Notes: generated from the sequence alone by a model not told the origin. DNA of 64,000 bases from Eukaryota sp. GEM-RC1 (GCA_040285855.1 JAUFOQ010000005.1:558001-622000), one strand, 5' to 3'. Counted from the first letter of the stretch, positions 36,835 through 51,135 are shown. Numbers and translations: made by a program.

Positions 36835-38750
36835 CACTAAGAGATAGAAGTTTTGAGAGAAAGTGATGTGTCGTAAGATGTCAATTGTTGGATCTCAATC
36901 TAACAAAACTCGAATCTTAAGTCATGAAAATGGAGAAATGCATCTATTTTGAACATCATAGACTGAGGTAAAATTCTAAAGAAAATTCAAAAGTGATGGA
37001 AATTTCTTCCAACAACACTTGATCAAATACTGTAATAATCATCAAAAGAGAACCTACTATGTCATATTACAAACAAAGAATGAGAGTAGATAGACATAAT
37101 TCTAGCAAAAATGGAGATTTTGAACATGCTGACTTGTAAAGTGTGAATTGAGGTGACAAACAATGACCAACAATATTACAAATTCAGTAACACCAGGGAT
37201 CAACCGTGGACAAATCAGCAATAAATTAATCGATTTGATAATGTGATCAACCAGGAATCCAAAGTAAAGTAACAAACCTGAAACTCAAAGTAAGATCAGG
37301 TTATCCAAGAGAAACGGACATGGAGGTAGATGAATCGACAAACAGATTCAACTAGAGTATGATAACATCAAACCCTAACACCGTGTTAACACGTGTCAAG
37401 GATTACTTCTGGTAGCGTGTGACATACACATCACTCAATTGATGAAGAAAGAATTGATCTGAAAATGAGATCATCGATTCCTCGTTGTGAACTAATAAAG
37501 AAGAGAAGAAGAGAGTAGACGGGAGCAACAGTGAAGTGCAAATGACATAAATGTGAAGTTCGAGAGAGGTGAATCAAAGAGAGAAGTTCATGTCCACTCC
37601 TCAATGAACATGTAACCTTCTCCTGATCAAGATGGGACGCTCTTAGTGACGCGCCGCGATTCTACTGCTCAATACGATTCAACTGGAGGTACAACTCTTT
37701 CCTTCCTTGATCTACCTCTCCTCAAAGTCCTTTCGATGTCCGATCTTCACGTCTTCGTGACCAATCGAACTCCCACAGAGATTCAATAGCACCGTTTGAT
37801 CTGGAAACCAAAAACTACCTAAGAACGTGATTACCAGTCTGAAGTCTCTCTCTTTTCCTTTAACTAAAACTGGTGATTCTCCACCTCTAAGCTCTGTCGC
37901 TTCTCCTCGTCCTTCACACTCCTTCAATTCCTTCCTTCTTTATCCCTCTCAAATTAAAGTCTTGCCAGTTCTCTCGTCCCTTCTTTTTAGTGACTCTCTA
38001 CTTGTCAAACACTAGTACTCACCACTGATTTAGGCCATCACTTCAATCTCAAGAAAACTCTGAATATCTAACATGAGTTACTATCTATTAAGGCACCCTA
38101 TTTATTACTAATGACAGTGTTTATTACTTTCCAGCATTCACACCACCTAAATCTGCAGTCTTTTGAATTGACTGATTGTTGTACTTTCTTGGTATAATTC
38201 TCAATGAAAGCAATAGAACACGTGTTTTTCTGATAAGATTTCCACCAAAGCTGTCTTTTAAACATAACTTCCCCTTACTTTGAAAAGAGATTATGTTTTG
38301 TTGTTCTACTTTGGATTTCTTACCTTTTTCTAAATCAACTTAACCACTTGATTGTTGATTGGTTTCCTCAAGATTGATCTCTTATTTCCTGCCTTTATTA
38401 AAAATGATTGAACGAACTGTCCGGTGTTGAAAGAAATTTCCAGTACTAGTTATGTTCATTTTTAGACTCATGTTGTAGTCGTTCGATTTCTTAAAACTTC
38501 TCTTAGTGACAAAGCAATGTCATTGTTTTCCATTCGCTTTCGTGACGAAGAAAGAAATACCATCCATCGTTGACATTGTTGGTACACAATGTGAAGTAAA
38601 TGACATCAATCAATTTCTGTGTAACCACTGTTATTATCCAGATCGGATTGTTTTTATTAATTTCAACTGATTTACTTACAGATTGGCTGCTATCTAGGTA
38701 TGTTGAAGTGTAATGGTTGTAGTGATTCCACCTAGTTCATTGAATCAACA
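36835..38750 (+). repeat. Unclassified dispersed repeat, copy B
   Basis: Collinear with copy C from AAGTTTTGAGAGAAAGTG to GTAATGGTTGTAGTGATTCCAC. Confidence 0.88.
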
Positions 38751-39109
38751 ACACTGTAACCATGATCCCAATTGAGAAAAGGTTCTTGAAAAGTAAACAA
38801 AACTCCTGCATGGATCACAATATTGTCTGATCGATCACAAGGAATACGTATACCATGATATCATATAGCTTCACACTGTTTGAGAAACTTTTCAGCAAGA
38901 AAGACACAACGTGAGTCTGTCTTGAAGAGTCTAGAACCATTATCAGTCAAACGACCATGATTCTGCAAGTAGAAATAGTGGAGTAAGGATAGAAGGCAAA
39001 AAGCTTATCAAGTTCAGCTTCAAGGCACTGTGATATGTTTCTAGGAATGTCACAGATGGGTCTTATGTTCATGGACATACTGTTCACTACTCATAATATC
39101 CTGAAAATG

Positions 39110-39420
39110 AAGAATATATTGACTTCTTAACGGTAGTTCTTCTAGGTAACCGGGTAAGTTAGAGTACGATTGTTTCGGGGAACCGTAAACGGCATCCATT
39201 AAACGAGATCGAGTTCTATGAGCTGCGTTTATTGTTATTTCTACTTGATAAAGGTCCTTAACAGCAAGTTTTACGATCTTTTCTTCCAAGCCTTGATTAG
39301 TTACACACAAATTTAAAAAAGAAAGGATGCTGAGAGAAAAAAGACGGTGTAACATTGCGGTTTTTGCAAGTCTTCATGGCTGATCACTTTAAACGCACAT
39401 GCTGGTTTTACCCAGCTTAG
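39110..39420 (-). mobile_element. MuDR-type transposase remnant
   Basis: YQVEITINAAHRTRSRLMDAVYGSPKQSYSNLPGYLEEL (MuDR G....SY..LP.Y...L). Confidence 0.55.
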
Positions 39421-39639
39421 CAAAAGCCTCCTTGCATCTGAATTAGTCTGATTCAAGAAAATAAAGTACAAGCCATCATTTGATCTTTGCTAAGGCCAGT
39501 CAAATTTTACATTTACAATGTAGTGTATATGTGATATACATACGTTATTTTTATTAATAAAGGCCTTAACCAGCCGTTAAGACAACATTCTACTGCGTTA
39601 TGAATCCAATCAACGTCTTCAGCTCTTCTCCTATCTTGG

Positions 39640-41569
39640 CATCTATTGCTCAAATATGATTAGGAAATCGACTCTGATTTTGTTTACAGTATGTCAAGTT
39701 GACTCAAGGGGTCCTTCAAATACACACACAACTCATCTTCATGAGTTTCGATCTCTTCAGCATCCGAACCGTCGGAAAATTCACCACAAGTATCCGATGA
39801 AGATGAAGAAGAATCTGACATCTTTGCAGCATATACATGAAAAAGTTGTTGCACCTGTGGAAACAAAGATTGAGCGTTGAAAGTTCCAGGAGTTTTACGT
39901 TTTTTGAGTTTTGGGTTCAATAAACAAGACAAATAGGCTGTGAAAGTGCTCATATGAGGTAGGTATCGTCTCAATTTGGAGTGCATGACTTTAGTACAGT
40001 TCTTCAGTACAGGGATTAAGTAAGGATCCTCTTTCAATTGTTCAGCCCTTCGTACCAACTTAAAGAATGCGTAAGTACCAACAGCAATTGAAGGGTATTG
40101 TGCAGTAGACAATTTTCATGTCAAGTGGAGAAAGGGGCTAAGAAGAAATTGAATAGCTGTTACAATTCCTTTTCATTTGCACCGAGCTGATACTTAAGGG
40201 TTTGATCCGTCATCATGACCGAGTTAATTGCTGGAACTAAGCGAATGTACTCGTTGAGCATCAAAGCACTACTATTGGAACATCAGTTTTGATTGTAAAA
40301 CCTCCTTCAATACCCAAAATTTTGATAACGTCAGTTAACTTCTGTTGAACTGAAGATGACGTATTCAACTTCACAGCAAATTTCTTGACTTTCTTAATCT
40401 GGTCCTGTACCATCTTTAGTCCATCTTGGACAGCTAAATTGAGGACATGTCTATAACATAGGCGAACATATGGACTTTTTTCAGTCACCATCACATCATC
40501 CACACCAACTTCGTCTGACCCATTGCTGAAAGTGGAAACTGCGTTGAGCAAATTCTTCGCATCGTCAACAGTGAAACTGATAACTTTATCGGTCAGCTCG
40601 AAATGGTCCATGATAGACTTTAAAGATTCATGGATGTCTCCTTCTGCATGAGGATGGGGTAGACACTGTGTATCTGAAGTGATAGACTTTAGTTCAAAGC
40701 GGTGGTTAACGTAATGCGCGGTGACACAAATAAAAGGAATTCTCGCTGATGAAGTCCACAAGTCTGTAGTGAGAGCAATTTGAGAGGATTACTTCTTTAA
40801 AAGGGCCTTCATTGCAAGCTTCTTTTCTTTATACATGTCCTCAAGGTTTGTCTTCATTTTGTTTTTGCAAGGAACACAGACAGAGCTGTTCAAGAACTTG
40901 ATAACTGCACAAAACACCGGATTATCAACTTTTGACCATGATTGTTGACTGGATACCAACCACCTAGCCAGAATATCCTCAAACTCGTTTTGCTGTGCGG
41001 CTGTAAATGCACATCCAGAAATTGACGGGATCGATGCTCCAGGTAATTTTGCGTACATATTATTCCAGTTGGGGTGATGGTTTTTCAGATGCTTGCGCAT
41101 TGTATCAGTATTTCTGTTCTTATAAGTTGTAGGAAACGGTTTTTTCCTTAACACACTCCAAACACTGCACACGGCCATTTGGAAGGTTCCCGAAGTGTTG
41201 ATGAACATTGGCTTGAAATTTTCTACCAGAGGGAGATAGAACAGAAGGTATTGGCGGAGAGGGATCTGAATGCTCAGAACTGGTGTCGTATAAATTGAGA
41301 ACCCTGTTATCATCAGTGGAAGAAGCCACGCGAGGCCTACGAAGTGAAGGTTCCGGAATCGCTGACATTTTCTGGCAACAGAACACAGAGACAGTATTAA
41401 TACAATCTAAGTTCAGAAAAAACCTAATTTCATAAACAATGTATTGTATTTTATATTTTTAAAAGAGTCTCGTTACGACGTACGTCAACGTCACCTTGAC
41501 GTGACGCAACGTAAGAGGTGACGCGGAAATATTCTGCGTTGCGTCACGTCACGTTATTTGCCCACCCTA
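39640..41569 (-). mobile_element. hAT element with frameshifted transposase; only one terminus found
   Basis: End TAGGGTGGGCAAATAACG at 41569 with GTGACG subterminal repeats; BED finger (QCLEC...MRKHLKNHH), LTTDLWTS, FTVDDAKN, CYRHVLNLAVQD. Confidence 0.85.
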
Positions 41570-42439
41570 GTTTATAGCCATCAATTATTTAAAGCTTATT
41601 TATTCAGAAATTGTATTTACATGTACAATCAATTGTTTCTGATGACCATTATGTTTGATCTGTGTCACAGACGTTCTCTTTCAATATTAATGAAAGAAAG
41701 CAATACGAGTAGCTCTGTTGTGGTAATTATGTAATTCGAAAGGAATTATGAATTTTAGGTTTAATAAATGATTTAGTAAGTCGTTAGTCAAGACAATGAG
41801 TCAAGGTTTTGATTCATCAGGTGTAATTACAGACATATATATTTGTTCACTGTTCCAATATTGGTTCAATTGACTTGACTGATATAAGCAGCGACACCAG
41901 TACTGATGTCACACATGCCGCATCTCTTCTTCTTCTTCTCTAATTTAAAACGATATTTATATATCGTTGAGGTCCCACTACATACAACACCACAATACAA
42001 GCATAGTAAAGGGTATGCTTGTATAATTTGATATACTCGATCAAATTTTAAAAACCAAACTTACATTATTACTCAAAAGGGGATGTGTTTGGGCCCACGA
42101 ATGGTGAAAAACTTCGACGAGTGTGACACTACACAATACACAAATATTCTTCTTCCATACTATGGCTTCTCTACAGAATAACCCTTCTCTTAAAACCCAG
42201 TTTGAACCTTTTTGTTTCCGAGGAATGCGAACACTTTGATTCTATGCAAAGCACTTCCCATTGTTTCCTTTCTGTTGGCACAATTTTTAAAAATGACCTC
42301 AAGAAACTGTTCTTATTTCTTAATAACAAATTTTGAACTACTTGTAAAGTACATAACAAGAACAAAGACGTACTTAACAATGATCTTTTTGAGCTTATTC
42401 CACGAGTTTATCCAAGCCTGGAGCTTGTAGATAATGAGC

Positions 42440-43100
42440 ATGTCGTATCTCCGCCCCAAACAAGGTCTCTCTTGAACATAAACTGTCAGTGACCAATGCC
42501 GCCGGCCGAACCAATAATGTTTCATCCGTTGCAAAACAAAACCGATTTGATATTTCTTCTGTGTCCGATATCGTAAAAAATCTTGAGTTCTTGCAGGCGG
42601 GTAAGGCCACTTATCGTATCAAAAAAGGTGCTGGACGCAAATACAACAGTATGATAGAAAATTTTATTGGAAAATATTAAGCAAGAACGAAGTGATTTTA
42701 AAAGTGTCACAAAACGAAAGTTAATAAACTGGGCCTTGGAAAATGATTTCAATCGTGAGTTTTGCTCCTATAGTCTCAGTTGGGCCAAGAAATTGTTCAA
42801 ACGAAACAGATGGGTCAAAAGAAAAGAGAACAACATGCTTGTTCAGTGATGAAGTACCAGTTGAAAGTACGGTAAGATTTTTGAAGCAAATCAGAACCCT
42901 CATTAATGATCATTAACTGGATCCAGACCAGAGTTATAACATTGATGAAACTGCAGTTTGGTTGTTTTTGGATGAAAGTCATACTTGTAATCCCAGTGGA
43001 TCCAGACAAGTTACCGTGAGATCTTGAGGCCTTGGTAAGATCAGGATCACTTGAATTATTGGAGCATCAGCTTCTGGTAGAAACTTTAATTCGGATTTTC
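42440..43100 (+). pseudogene. pogo/Tigger-like transposase remnant (CENP-B HTH + DDE_1 start)
   Basis: GAGRK; SLSWAKKLFKRNRW..RK; YNIDETAVW; IRIT*IIGASASG. Confidence 0.65.
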
Positions 43101-43914
43101 CTATGGATGCGGTATAAGCAAGTCAACGCTCTAATTATTGAAGTCGTTGAAGATCGGGTCAGAACCTTTCACATCAACAAAATCAGATAAACCACAAACA
43201 TCTATTCATCACTTCATTGTTCAATCAAACGTTGGAACTGCTCCTTTAGTGGAAAACTTCTTCTAGTGTGACCTGGAGTTCTACAGAGACCACATTTATA
43301 CTGAGTTCATTGAAGCAACAACTCTATCCTGGGGATTATCAGACATGTTCGCTACTTTTGAGTTTCTTGCCAAATTGAAAAGCACAATACGTGATTCCAG
43401 AAAACGTGTTATTTCTGTGGCCATCTTGTCTCCTGAAGTTCAGCAGCAATTCAACAAAACTAGTAACACGGATGATCAACAGACCCAGAATTCAAAATGC
43501 ACACATAATTTGCAGTTACCTGACGTATGGTCACGGACTACAGTAGAACACGTGTGAGAATACCGTATTCGCACATAAACAGTTGATGCATATCTTTTGT
43601 CACATGATCCTTTCTCCACACCTAGTTTAAGACCTTGGTCGACTTGATGTCTAAGCAGCAACGCCATTAACAAATAAATCTGTTAATCACATCTATTGAT
43701 CTAAACACATGTCTGGTAATAGTAATGGTAATGATTATAGATTGGATTTGGCGATTTATCATATCGTTTTCCAGATGCTCGGGTTGCCGAACTAATTACG
43801 ACCTCAAAGAAGTATTGTTGGAATCAAAGATCTTTTATTAATCTCCATATCTGACTGACGGAAAGTATGTTAGCTGAAGACTTTGATGAAGGTATCCTTG
43901 AAAAGGGGAACTGT

Positions 43915-45810
43915 ACTGAGAGTTATAAGTTTTGAGAGAAAGTGTTATGTCGGGACAATTCTATTGTTGGATCTCAATCTTACAAAACACGAATGTTAAG
44001 TCATGAAAATGGAATGATATACATTTGATATACATTCATTTTGAACATAATATGATGAGTTAAAATTCTAAATGAAATTCAAAAGTGCTGGAAATTTCTT
44101 CCAACAAAACAGTTGAAATACTATATAATTTTAAAAAGATAACATACTTTGTCATTTTAAAAACAAAGAGTGCGAATTTGGACAGAATTAAAGAAATACG
44201 GGGATTTTAACAGGTCGACTTGCAAAGTGTTAATTGAGATAAGCAAATGAACCAACAGTAATACAAAAACTCAGTAAAAATAGGACCCACCAGCAATCGA
44301 ATGATCGAGTTGATGACGTCATCAACCAGGAATCCAAAGTAAAGTAACAAATCTGAAACTGAAAGTAAGACCAGGTTATCCAAAAGAAGTAGACATGTAG
44401 GTAAATGAATCAACAAACAGATTCAACTAGAGTATGATAACATCAAACACGCTTCCTAACACCGTGTTAACACGTGTCAAGGGTTACTTCTGGCAACGTG
44501 TCACATACACAGCACCCAATTGACGAAGAAGAATTGATCTGGAAATGAGATAATCGATACGCCGTTGGGAACTAATAAAGAAGTGAAGAAGAGAGTAGAC
44601 GGGAGCAACAATGTAGAGCAAAGGACATCATTGTGAAGTTCGAGAGAGTTGAATCAAAGTAGAGAAGCTAATATCATCTCATCAATGTTGAACATGTAAC
44701 CTTCTCCTGATCGAGATTGGACGCTCTTAGTGACGCGCCACGATTCTACTACTCAATCCGATTCATTTGGAGTTATAACTCTTTCTTTCCTTGATGATCA
44801 GGCTTGATCTACCTCTCCTCAAAGTCCTTTCGATGTTCGATCTTCACGTCTTCCCTGACCAATCGAACTCCCACATAGATTCAAAAGCAGCGTTTGACCT
44901 GATACCAAACACTACCTAAGAACGTGATTACTAGTCTGAAGTCTCTCTCATTTCCTTTAACTAAAACTGCAGAATCTCCGCCTCTAAGCTCTGTCACTTC
45001 TCCTCATACTTCACACTCCGTAATGTCTTGTCAATTCTCTCGTCTCTTGACCTTTGTGACTCTCTACTTGTCAAACACTAGTACTCACCACTGATTTAGG
45101 CCATCATTTCAATCTCAAGAAAACTTTGAATGTCTAACATGAGTTACTATCTATTACGTCACCCTATTTATCACTAATTATAGTGTTACTTACTTTCCAG
45201 CATTCACACTACCTAAATCTACAGTCTTTTGAATTGACTGATTGTTGTACTTTCTTGGTATAATTCTCAATGAAAACAATAGAACACGTGTTTTTCTGAT
45301 ATACTTTCCACCAAAGCTTTCTTTTAACCATAACTTCCCCTTACTTTGAAAAGAGTTTCTGTTTTGTTGTTCTACTTTGGATTTCTTACCTTTTTCACAT
45401 TAACTTAATCACTTGATTGTTGATTGGTATCCTCAAGATTGATCTCTTATTTATTGCCTTTATTGAAAATGATTGAACAAACTGTCCGGTATTGAAAGAA
45501 ATTTCCAGCACTAGTTATGTTCATTTTTAGACTCATGTTGTAGTCGTTCCATTTCTTAAAACTTCTCTTTGCGACAAAGTAATCGCATTGTTTTGGTTTT
45601 CTTGACGAAAGAAGTAATACAACCCATCATTGAAACTGTTGGTACACAATGAGAAGTGACTGGTGTCAATCAATTTCTGTGTAATTCTTGTTATTATCCA
45701 GAACGGTTTAGTTTGTTTTTATTAATTTCAACTGATTCACTTACAGGTTGGCTGCTTTCTGTGTATGTCGAAGTGTAATGGTTGTAGTGATTCCACTTAG
45801 CTCATGAATG
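43915..45810 (+). repeat. Unclassified dispersed repeat, copy C
   Basis: Collinear with copy B over ~1.9 kb. Confidence 0.88.
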
Positions 45811-45930
45811 AACAACTTCAACAACAGTTTATTTGTTGTTTTAATGTATAGATTAAAGCTTTCTTTTTTCTATTTTGTTTTCCAGTAACATAAGTCGAAA
45901 TGTGAGAGTCTATCAATTTGAAAAGGATGA

Positions 45931-46600
45931 CTAGTCGGAGTTTTGTTGATTGTTATGCCAGCTATTGAAGTCTTCAAGGATACTGAAGAATTTTCCTGCT
46001 AGAATTTCATTGGTACGGTCCTCAGTGAGAAGCAGTTTTACTTGAGATTCCTCATGACAACAAATCACAAACAAGTTGGCATCATTGAATTCAAAATACC
46101 GCTTCAGCGTCTGAACTGTAGAAGTCCACCTGGTAATGTTTCTACGAGTTGTTCGTTTCTTAAATACCTGTCTTAATACCATTGATCGTTTTACTTTTCT
46201 CAACAGATTGAAAATATTATCTATGTTATTCAAGAGGCCTTTTTCATCCACTTCTAAACATTGCAGCTACAATGCCAGCCGATGTGATGCACAACCGATG
46301 ATGATAACGTTTTACAAATCTACACAGTCGTCCAATTGTCTCCAACAATGAAGAGAAGATGACTAAGATCTTTGTTAACAGCTTGTAATTCACGTTGAGC
46401 AACTTCATAGTAATCATTGGTGAGGTAGAGTGTTTTTTGTAGGGAAATGCTTACGTTTGCGAACGTTGTTGCTTTCGTAAGAGAAGAAAGGATGAATATG
46501 GACTCTTGCATTTGCCGGAGATTGATGAGGGGTTTCCGAATAATGGTTTTCAGCAGACGGAAGAAGAATGTCAATTGAAACAGAGAGATCAATAGTGGAG
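45931..46600 (-). pseudogene. hAT-like transposase remnant
   Basis: IVGDN, IIGCASHRLAL, NITRWTST. Confidence 0.6.
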
Positions 46601-46874
46601 TCTTGTAGTTCAGATTCAGTTGACTCTTCTGAGAGTAAATGTAATATTTTTTAAGTACTATTAGTATTCATTTCGTTAATTTATGAAATATACTTTATAT
46701 TTTTTTCCTGATTAAACAGACCTAACTACTAGTACATTGTGGTATTGCCCAATGCATTGATTGTTAATCATTATGTGTTAGAAGGACAAAAACCAATTAC
46801 AATATATTACAATATCCTATAACCCAATCCTTTCAAAGACAAAGAATGAGGAGACAAAATACGAGGAAGTCGAC

Positions 46875-47686
46875 AATTGACGGAGAAGAATTGATCTGTA
46901 AATGAGATCATTAATCCCTCGTTGGGAACTAATAAAGAAGTGAAGAAGAGGGTAGACGAGAGCAACATTGCAGAGCAAAGGACATAAATGTGACGTTTAA
47001 GAGAGTTGAATCAAAGAGAGCAGTTCATGTCCTCTCCTCAGTGTTGAACATGTAACCTTCTCCTGATCGAGATGGGACGCTCTTAGTGACGCGCCACGAT
47101 TCTACTGCTCAATACGATTCAACTGGAGGTACAACTCTTTCTTTCCTTGATCTACCTCTCCTCAAAGTCCTTTCTATGTTCAATCTTCACGTCTTTGTGA
47201 CAAATCGAACTCCCACAGAGATTCATGAGCACCGTTTGATCTGAAACCAAACGCGACATAAGAACGTGATTACTAGTCTGAAGTCTCTCTCATTTCCTTT
47301 AACTAAAACTGGTGAATCTCCACCTCTAAGCTCTGTCGCTTCTCCTCGTCCTTCACACTCCTTCAATTCATTCCTTCTTTCTCCCTCTCAAAGTAATGTC
47401 TTACCAGTTCTCTCGTCTCCTGACCTTTGTGACTCTCTACTTGTCAAACACTAGTATTCACCACTGATTTAGGCCATCACTTCAATCTCAAGAAAACTCT
47501 GATCTGAATGTCTAACATGAGTTACTATCTATTAAGGTACCCTATTTATCACTAATGACAGTGTTCTTCACTTTCCAGCGTTCACACTACCTAAATCTAC
47601 AGTCTTTTGAATTGACTGATTGTTGTGCTTTCTTGGTATAATTCTTAATGAAAGTAATAGAACATGTGTTTTTCCGATATACTTTC
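46875..47686 (+). repeat. Unclassified dispersed repeat, copy D (internal portion)
   Basis: Matches 37437-38242 and 44518-45308. Confidence 0.88.
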
Positions 47687-48163
47687 TTGAAAAAAGCTCT
47701 TATTAGGACCATGTTCATTGTTCTTTTTATTCTGAATGATTCCAAAAGAACTTGATTAATGGAGATTATTGGAGTCACATTTCCTTTTTTTACTAAACTA
47801 ATAACATTGTTGAGTGTTAGTTTTGAGTCTACTTAAGTTAATACTACTAACTTAATAGTTACCTATCAACTTCTTCAATTATTCATTATCAATCTTATTT
47901 GAGAGTTGTTTACTCATCTTCTTTCAACATTTCTTTGTTTTAATTACTGGTTTAAATGGTTCTACTCAGTGGAGGAAGGAATTTTCACTACTCAGAATCT
48001 TTTTTACTATTTTTTCATTTAGTTCATTTGACCTTTGGTAATAAAATAATTCAACAGGTCAATGAACTCAAAACAACTGTTAAAACTTTACTTTACTTTC
48101 CTTACTTACTCCTGGATTTAGACCTCTCCAAGTATAATAATTATCTCTAGTTAGGGGTTTGAG

Positions 48164-48900
48164 TTAGTTAAACAAAGACAATGTAAAGTACTTGACAGCA
48201 TTCCAAATCTCCTTATCATAGCTTAATGTTGATGGAGAAAGAGAGTTTGGAGTGGGAAGAGATTTGATTAGTGGAATTTGACAGCTTGGCACAACTCTTG
48301 AGTCAAACTGCTCAGGTGTAGCATACTTAGGACTCATAGCATTTGGTCTGGTCACTAGAGTTGTGGTTTACGTGGAGCATCTGGACACATTCCAGAGCCA
48401 TCAGATATTAAATTACTGGGTGAAATATACCCATCAATTCCTGAAGATTTTGACAAAGAGAAATTTGAGCATCTAACCAAATCACGTGATTTTTCTTCAA
48501 GTGCTCAAAAAGAGCCACAGACTTTCCTTTCCAGAGGGTCCTGACAAGACATAGAGACTGTTTCTAGTACAAGAAGACAAAACGTCATCTATATCAGTGG
48601 ATATAATTTATATCTTGTGGTTGCAAGGTTTTTAGAGGTACCAAAATCAGCTACTCTAACGTGATCATCAACCAAGAGAATGTTGGCTGTTTTTAAGTCT
48701 CAATGACCACTTTTTGTCTAGAACCAACACTGGCTGGTAGGACAGCAGGATGACTGATGGGAGGACCTTCCTCATTGCAATTGATAATAGCCGGAGTACC
48801 AACCCCAGACTTCATAAGTAGAAACTTTAGTGCTTGGTAAGGTTCTTTAGAGTATCCAAGAGTTGTTGTAGAGACCACCTGAAGTGTAAACGTCACCATT
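48164..48900 (-). pseudogene. Protein kinase pseudogene fragments
   Basis: DLKTANILLVDDHVRVADFGTSK at ~48630-48700; AMSPKYATPEQF at ~48300-48340. Confidence 0.7.
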
Positions 48901-50489
48901 TGTTAACTCAACACACTATAATTCCTTCTTTCAATGGAGAGAAACACTCAGATGATATGGGCAAATGAGAGAAGTCCAGAGGATTCTTAAAACGATCTCC
49001 AAACCTCAAACAATCAATCAGTAGTCAATTTGATTTCATTTAATTTTGGAATTAAAGTGGTTCACAAACAAAGCCTTGGTGGTTACGTCCAGCAATGTAA
49101 ACGTCACCATTTGTTAACAGAACTAGAGAATGATTATGAACAGCAGAAGCTTGTTTAATAGGATAAGGAAGTTGGAAGATTAGGATGGTAGGTCAGTTTG
49201 ATTTAAGGGAATTATATACAATTACTTCTAATTCAAAATTAGTTTTGTACCACTATTCTTTGAATTTCGTAAGGACGATTATCTTTGATATAACGACGGA
49301 TAAAATTTCCGGTCCTTTTGAAATAATCCAATGGAATCAACAGAGAAAACGAGGGATCATCTTCATAGATAGCAGATTTAGCTTCATAAGTGAAACTAAA
49401 CCAAGATCTGATCTGACAGTGGATAAATCAACAGGATGTTCAAACTTTGGATACAATTTGCTTTTGTTTGAAAAAAGGCTGTCGGAATACACATAAAAAC
49501 AATAGATTGGATCCTTTGTGTTAGAGGCAGGTTTGGTAAGTTCGTACTGGATAGTAGTAGGAATATGCATTATCAAAGAGATATTATCTAATATAAAATT
49601 CATTTTTTTAACCTATTATCATTTTTCTACCCACTTCTATAAACTTAAATATGAAATACAAAAAATAAAATATATTTTTTAATTTTATTTAAACTATTAA
49701 TTGAATCGTCAGGCCCTCTCATAAGATAATTTAAAATAGTTTGAACATCCAAAAGTGCCAAAAATAAATGTGAAATAAATATTATTAAAACAAAATAAAA
49801 CCCAAATAAAAACAAAATATTTTATTGTACATCTAATCTGAGTCACTATCGATGAATACTCAATCCATTTGATTATCCCTACATTTGTGGATCTTCAATA
49901 TTAGTTCAACGTTCAGCATCGTAAACGACCATGAGAATCATTCAATAATCATATGCCCGGGTATAGTCGTTGGATTGGCTTAGAACACAGGTAAAGGCTC
50001 GTCTGTATTGGTTCGGTTCGACATTGAAATTGCAAAGTTTGAGAGAAAATGTCTCAACCCTAATTTTTGTCTGAGCTTGAGCATTTCACACATCATGTTT
50101 CAAGTCAATTAACAACCTTGAGCACTCAATTAACTCATGTATTATATAGATCAATGAAGTTTACTTTCCGACATTTTATTTATATTTATTTATATTTTGT
50201 TTTATTTTGTTTTATTTGCATGATCACCAAAAAGGCTCACAAATAAATAGAAATAGAAATAAATAGAATATATATTTATTTATGAGGAGCCCTGTGAATA
50301 GTTGAATCATTATTCAATTTTTCAACAAATTCTTCATATTTTTCATTTATGTCTTCTGTAATTAACATTTGATTTATCATTTCCATCTTCCATAGATTCA
50401 ATATAAATTTTTCTATTTGTTCACTAGAGTTATCTAAAACTCTAAACATTTTACTAATTACATTTTCTTGATTGTAGTATCCTATCAAA

Positions 50490-50839
50490 CAGTGAACGCT
50501 AACACGTAACACGGCCTGACACGTAACACGCGTGTTAACACGTGTTAACACGTGTTAGGAATTTTGGCTGATTTCTAACACGCAAATTACGGTTACTATT
50601 TTCGGTCTGAATGATGTGAAAATGCATTTTGCTGCCAAAAGAATGAAAGACGCCGTTTTAGAAGTCCCCTATAGTGATGTAGAGTATCGTAGGGATAAAT
50701 GTGTAGAAGAAACGAGCTGTTTATCGTTGAACCAGAAACCAGGAAAAATTCCTGTAACGCAAACACGTAACACGTCCTAACACGTAACACGCGTGTTAAC
50801 ACGTGTTAGATTCGATTTTGAACGTGTTAGCGTTCACTG
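50490..50839. mobile_element. hAT MITE (350 bp)
   Basis: Perfect 18-bp TIR CAGTGAACGCTAACACGT; perfect 8-bp TSD CTATCAAA; AACACG/CGTGTT subterminal repeats. Confidence 0.95.
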
Positions 50840-51053
50840 CTATCAAAGGTCTTGAAATAATTTTACTAATTAATGGTAATAACCATTAAATTACTACATG
50901 TACATGAACATTACCATTATAAAAGTTGTAATTTTTAATTAATTTTAAATAATAATCTCTCAATATTCTTTCAATTAAATCCAACATTTCAATTTCACTA
51001 TAAACGTTTAAATTTAAAGTTTTTAATATTCCATTGTATTTTTTTTAGACTCT

Positions 51054-51135
51054 GGGTAAATGCACCACATTATGCACCACATATTCTAAATGAACCACAT
51101 TGGAAATGCACCACATAATATAATATGCACCACAC
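51054..51135 (+). repeat. Probable MULE left terminus with repeated ATGCACCACA motifs
   Basis: GGGTAAATGCACCACAT followed by four more (near-)copies just upstream of the transposase ATG. Confidence 0.55.

Noticed and set aside
37827..38015. Recurrent 62-aa ORF MITSLKSLSF... (also 20286, 47266)
   Set aside because: Recurs only because it lies in the dispersed repeat; mostly non-ATG start, disrupted in copy C, no recognisable domain
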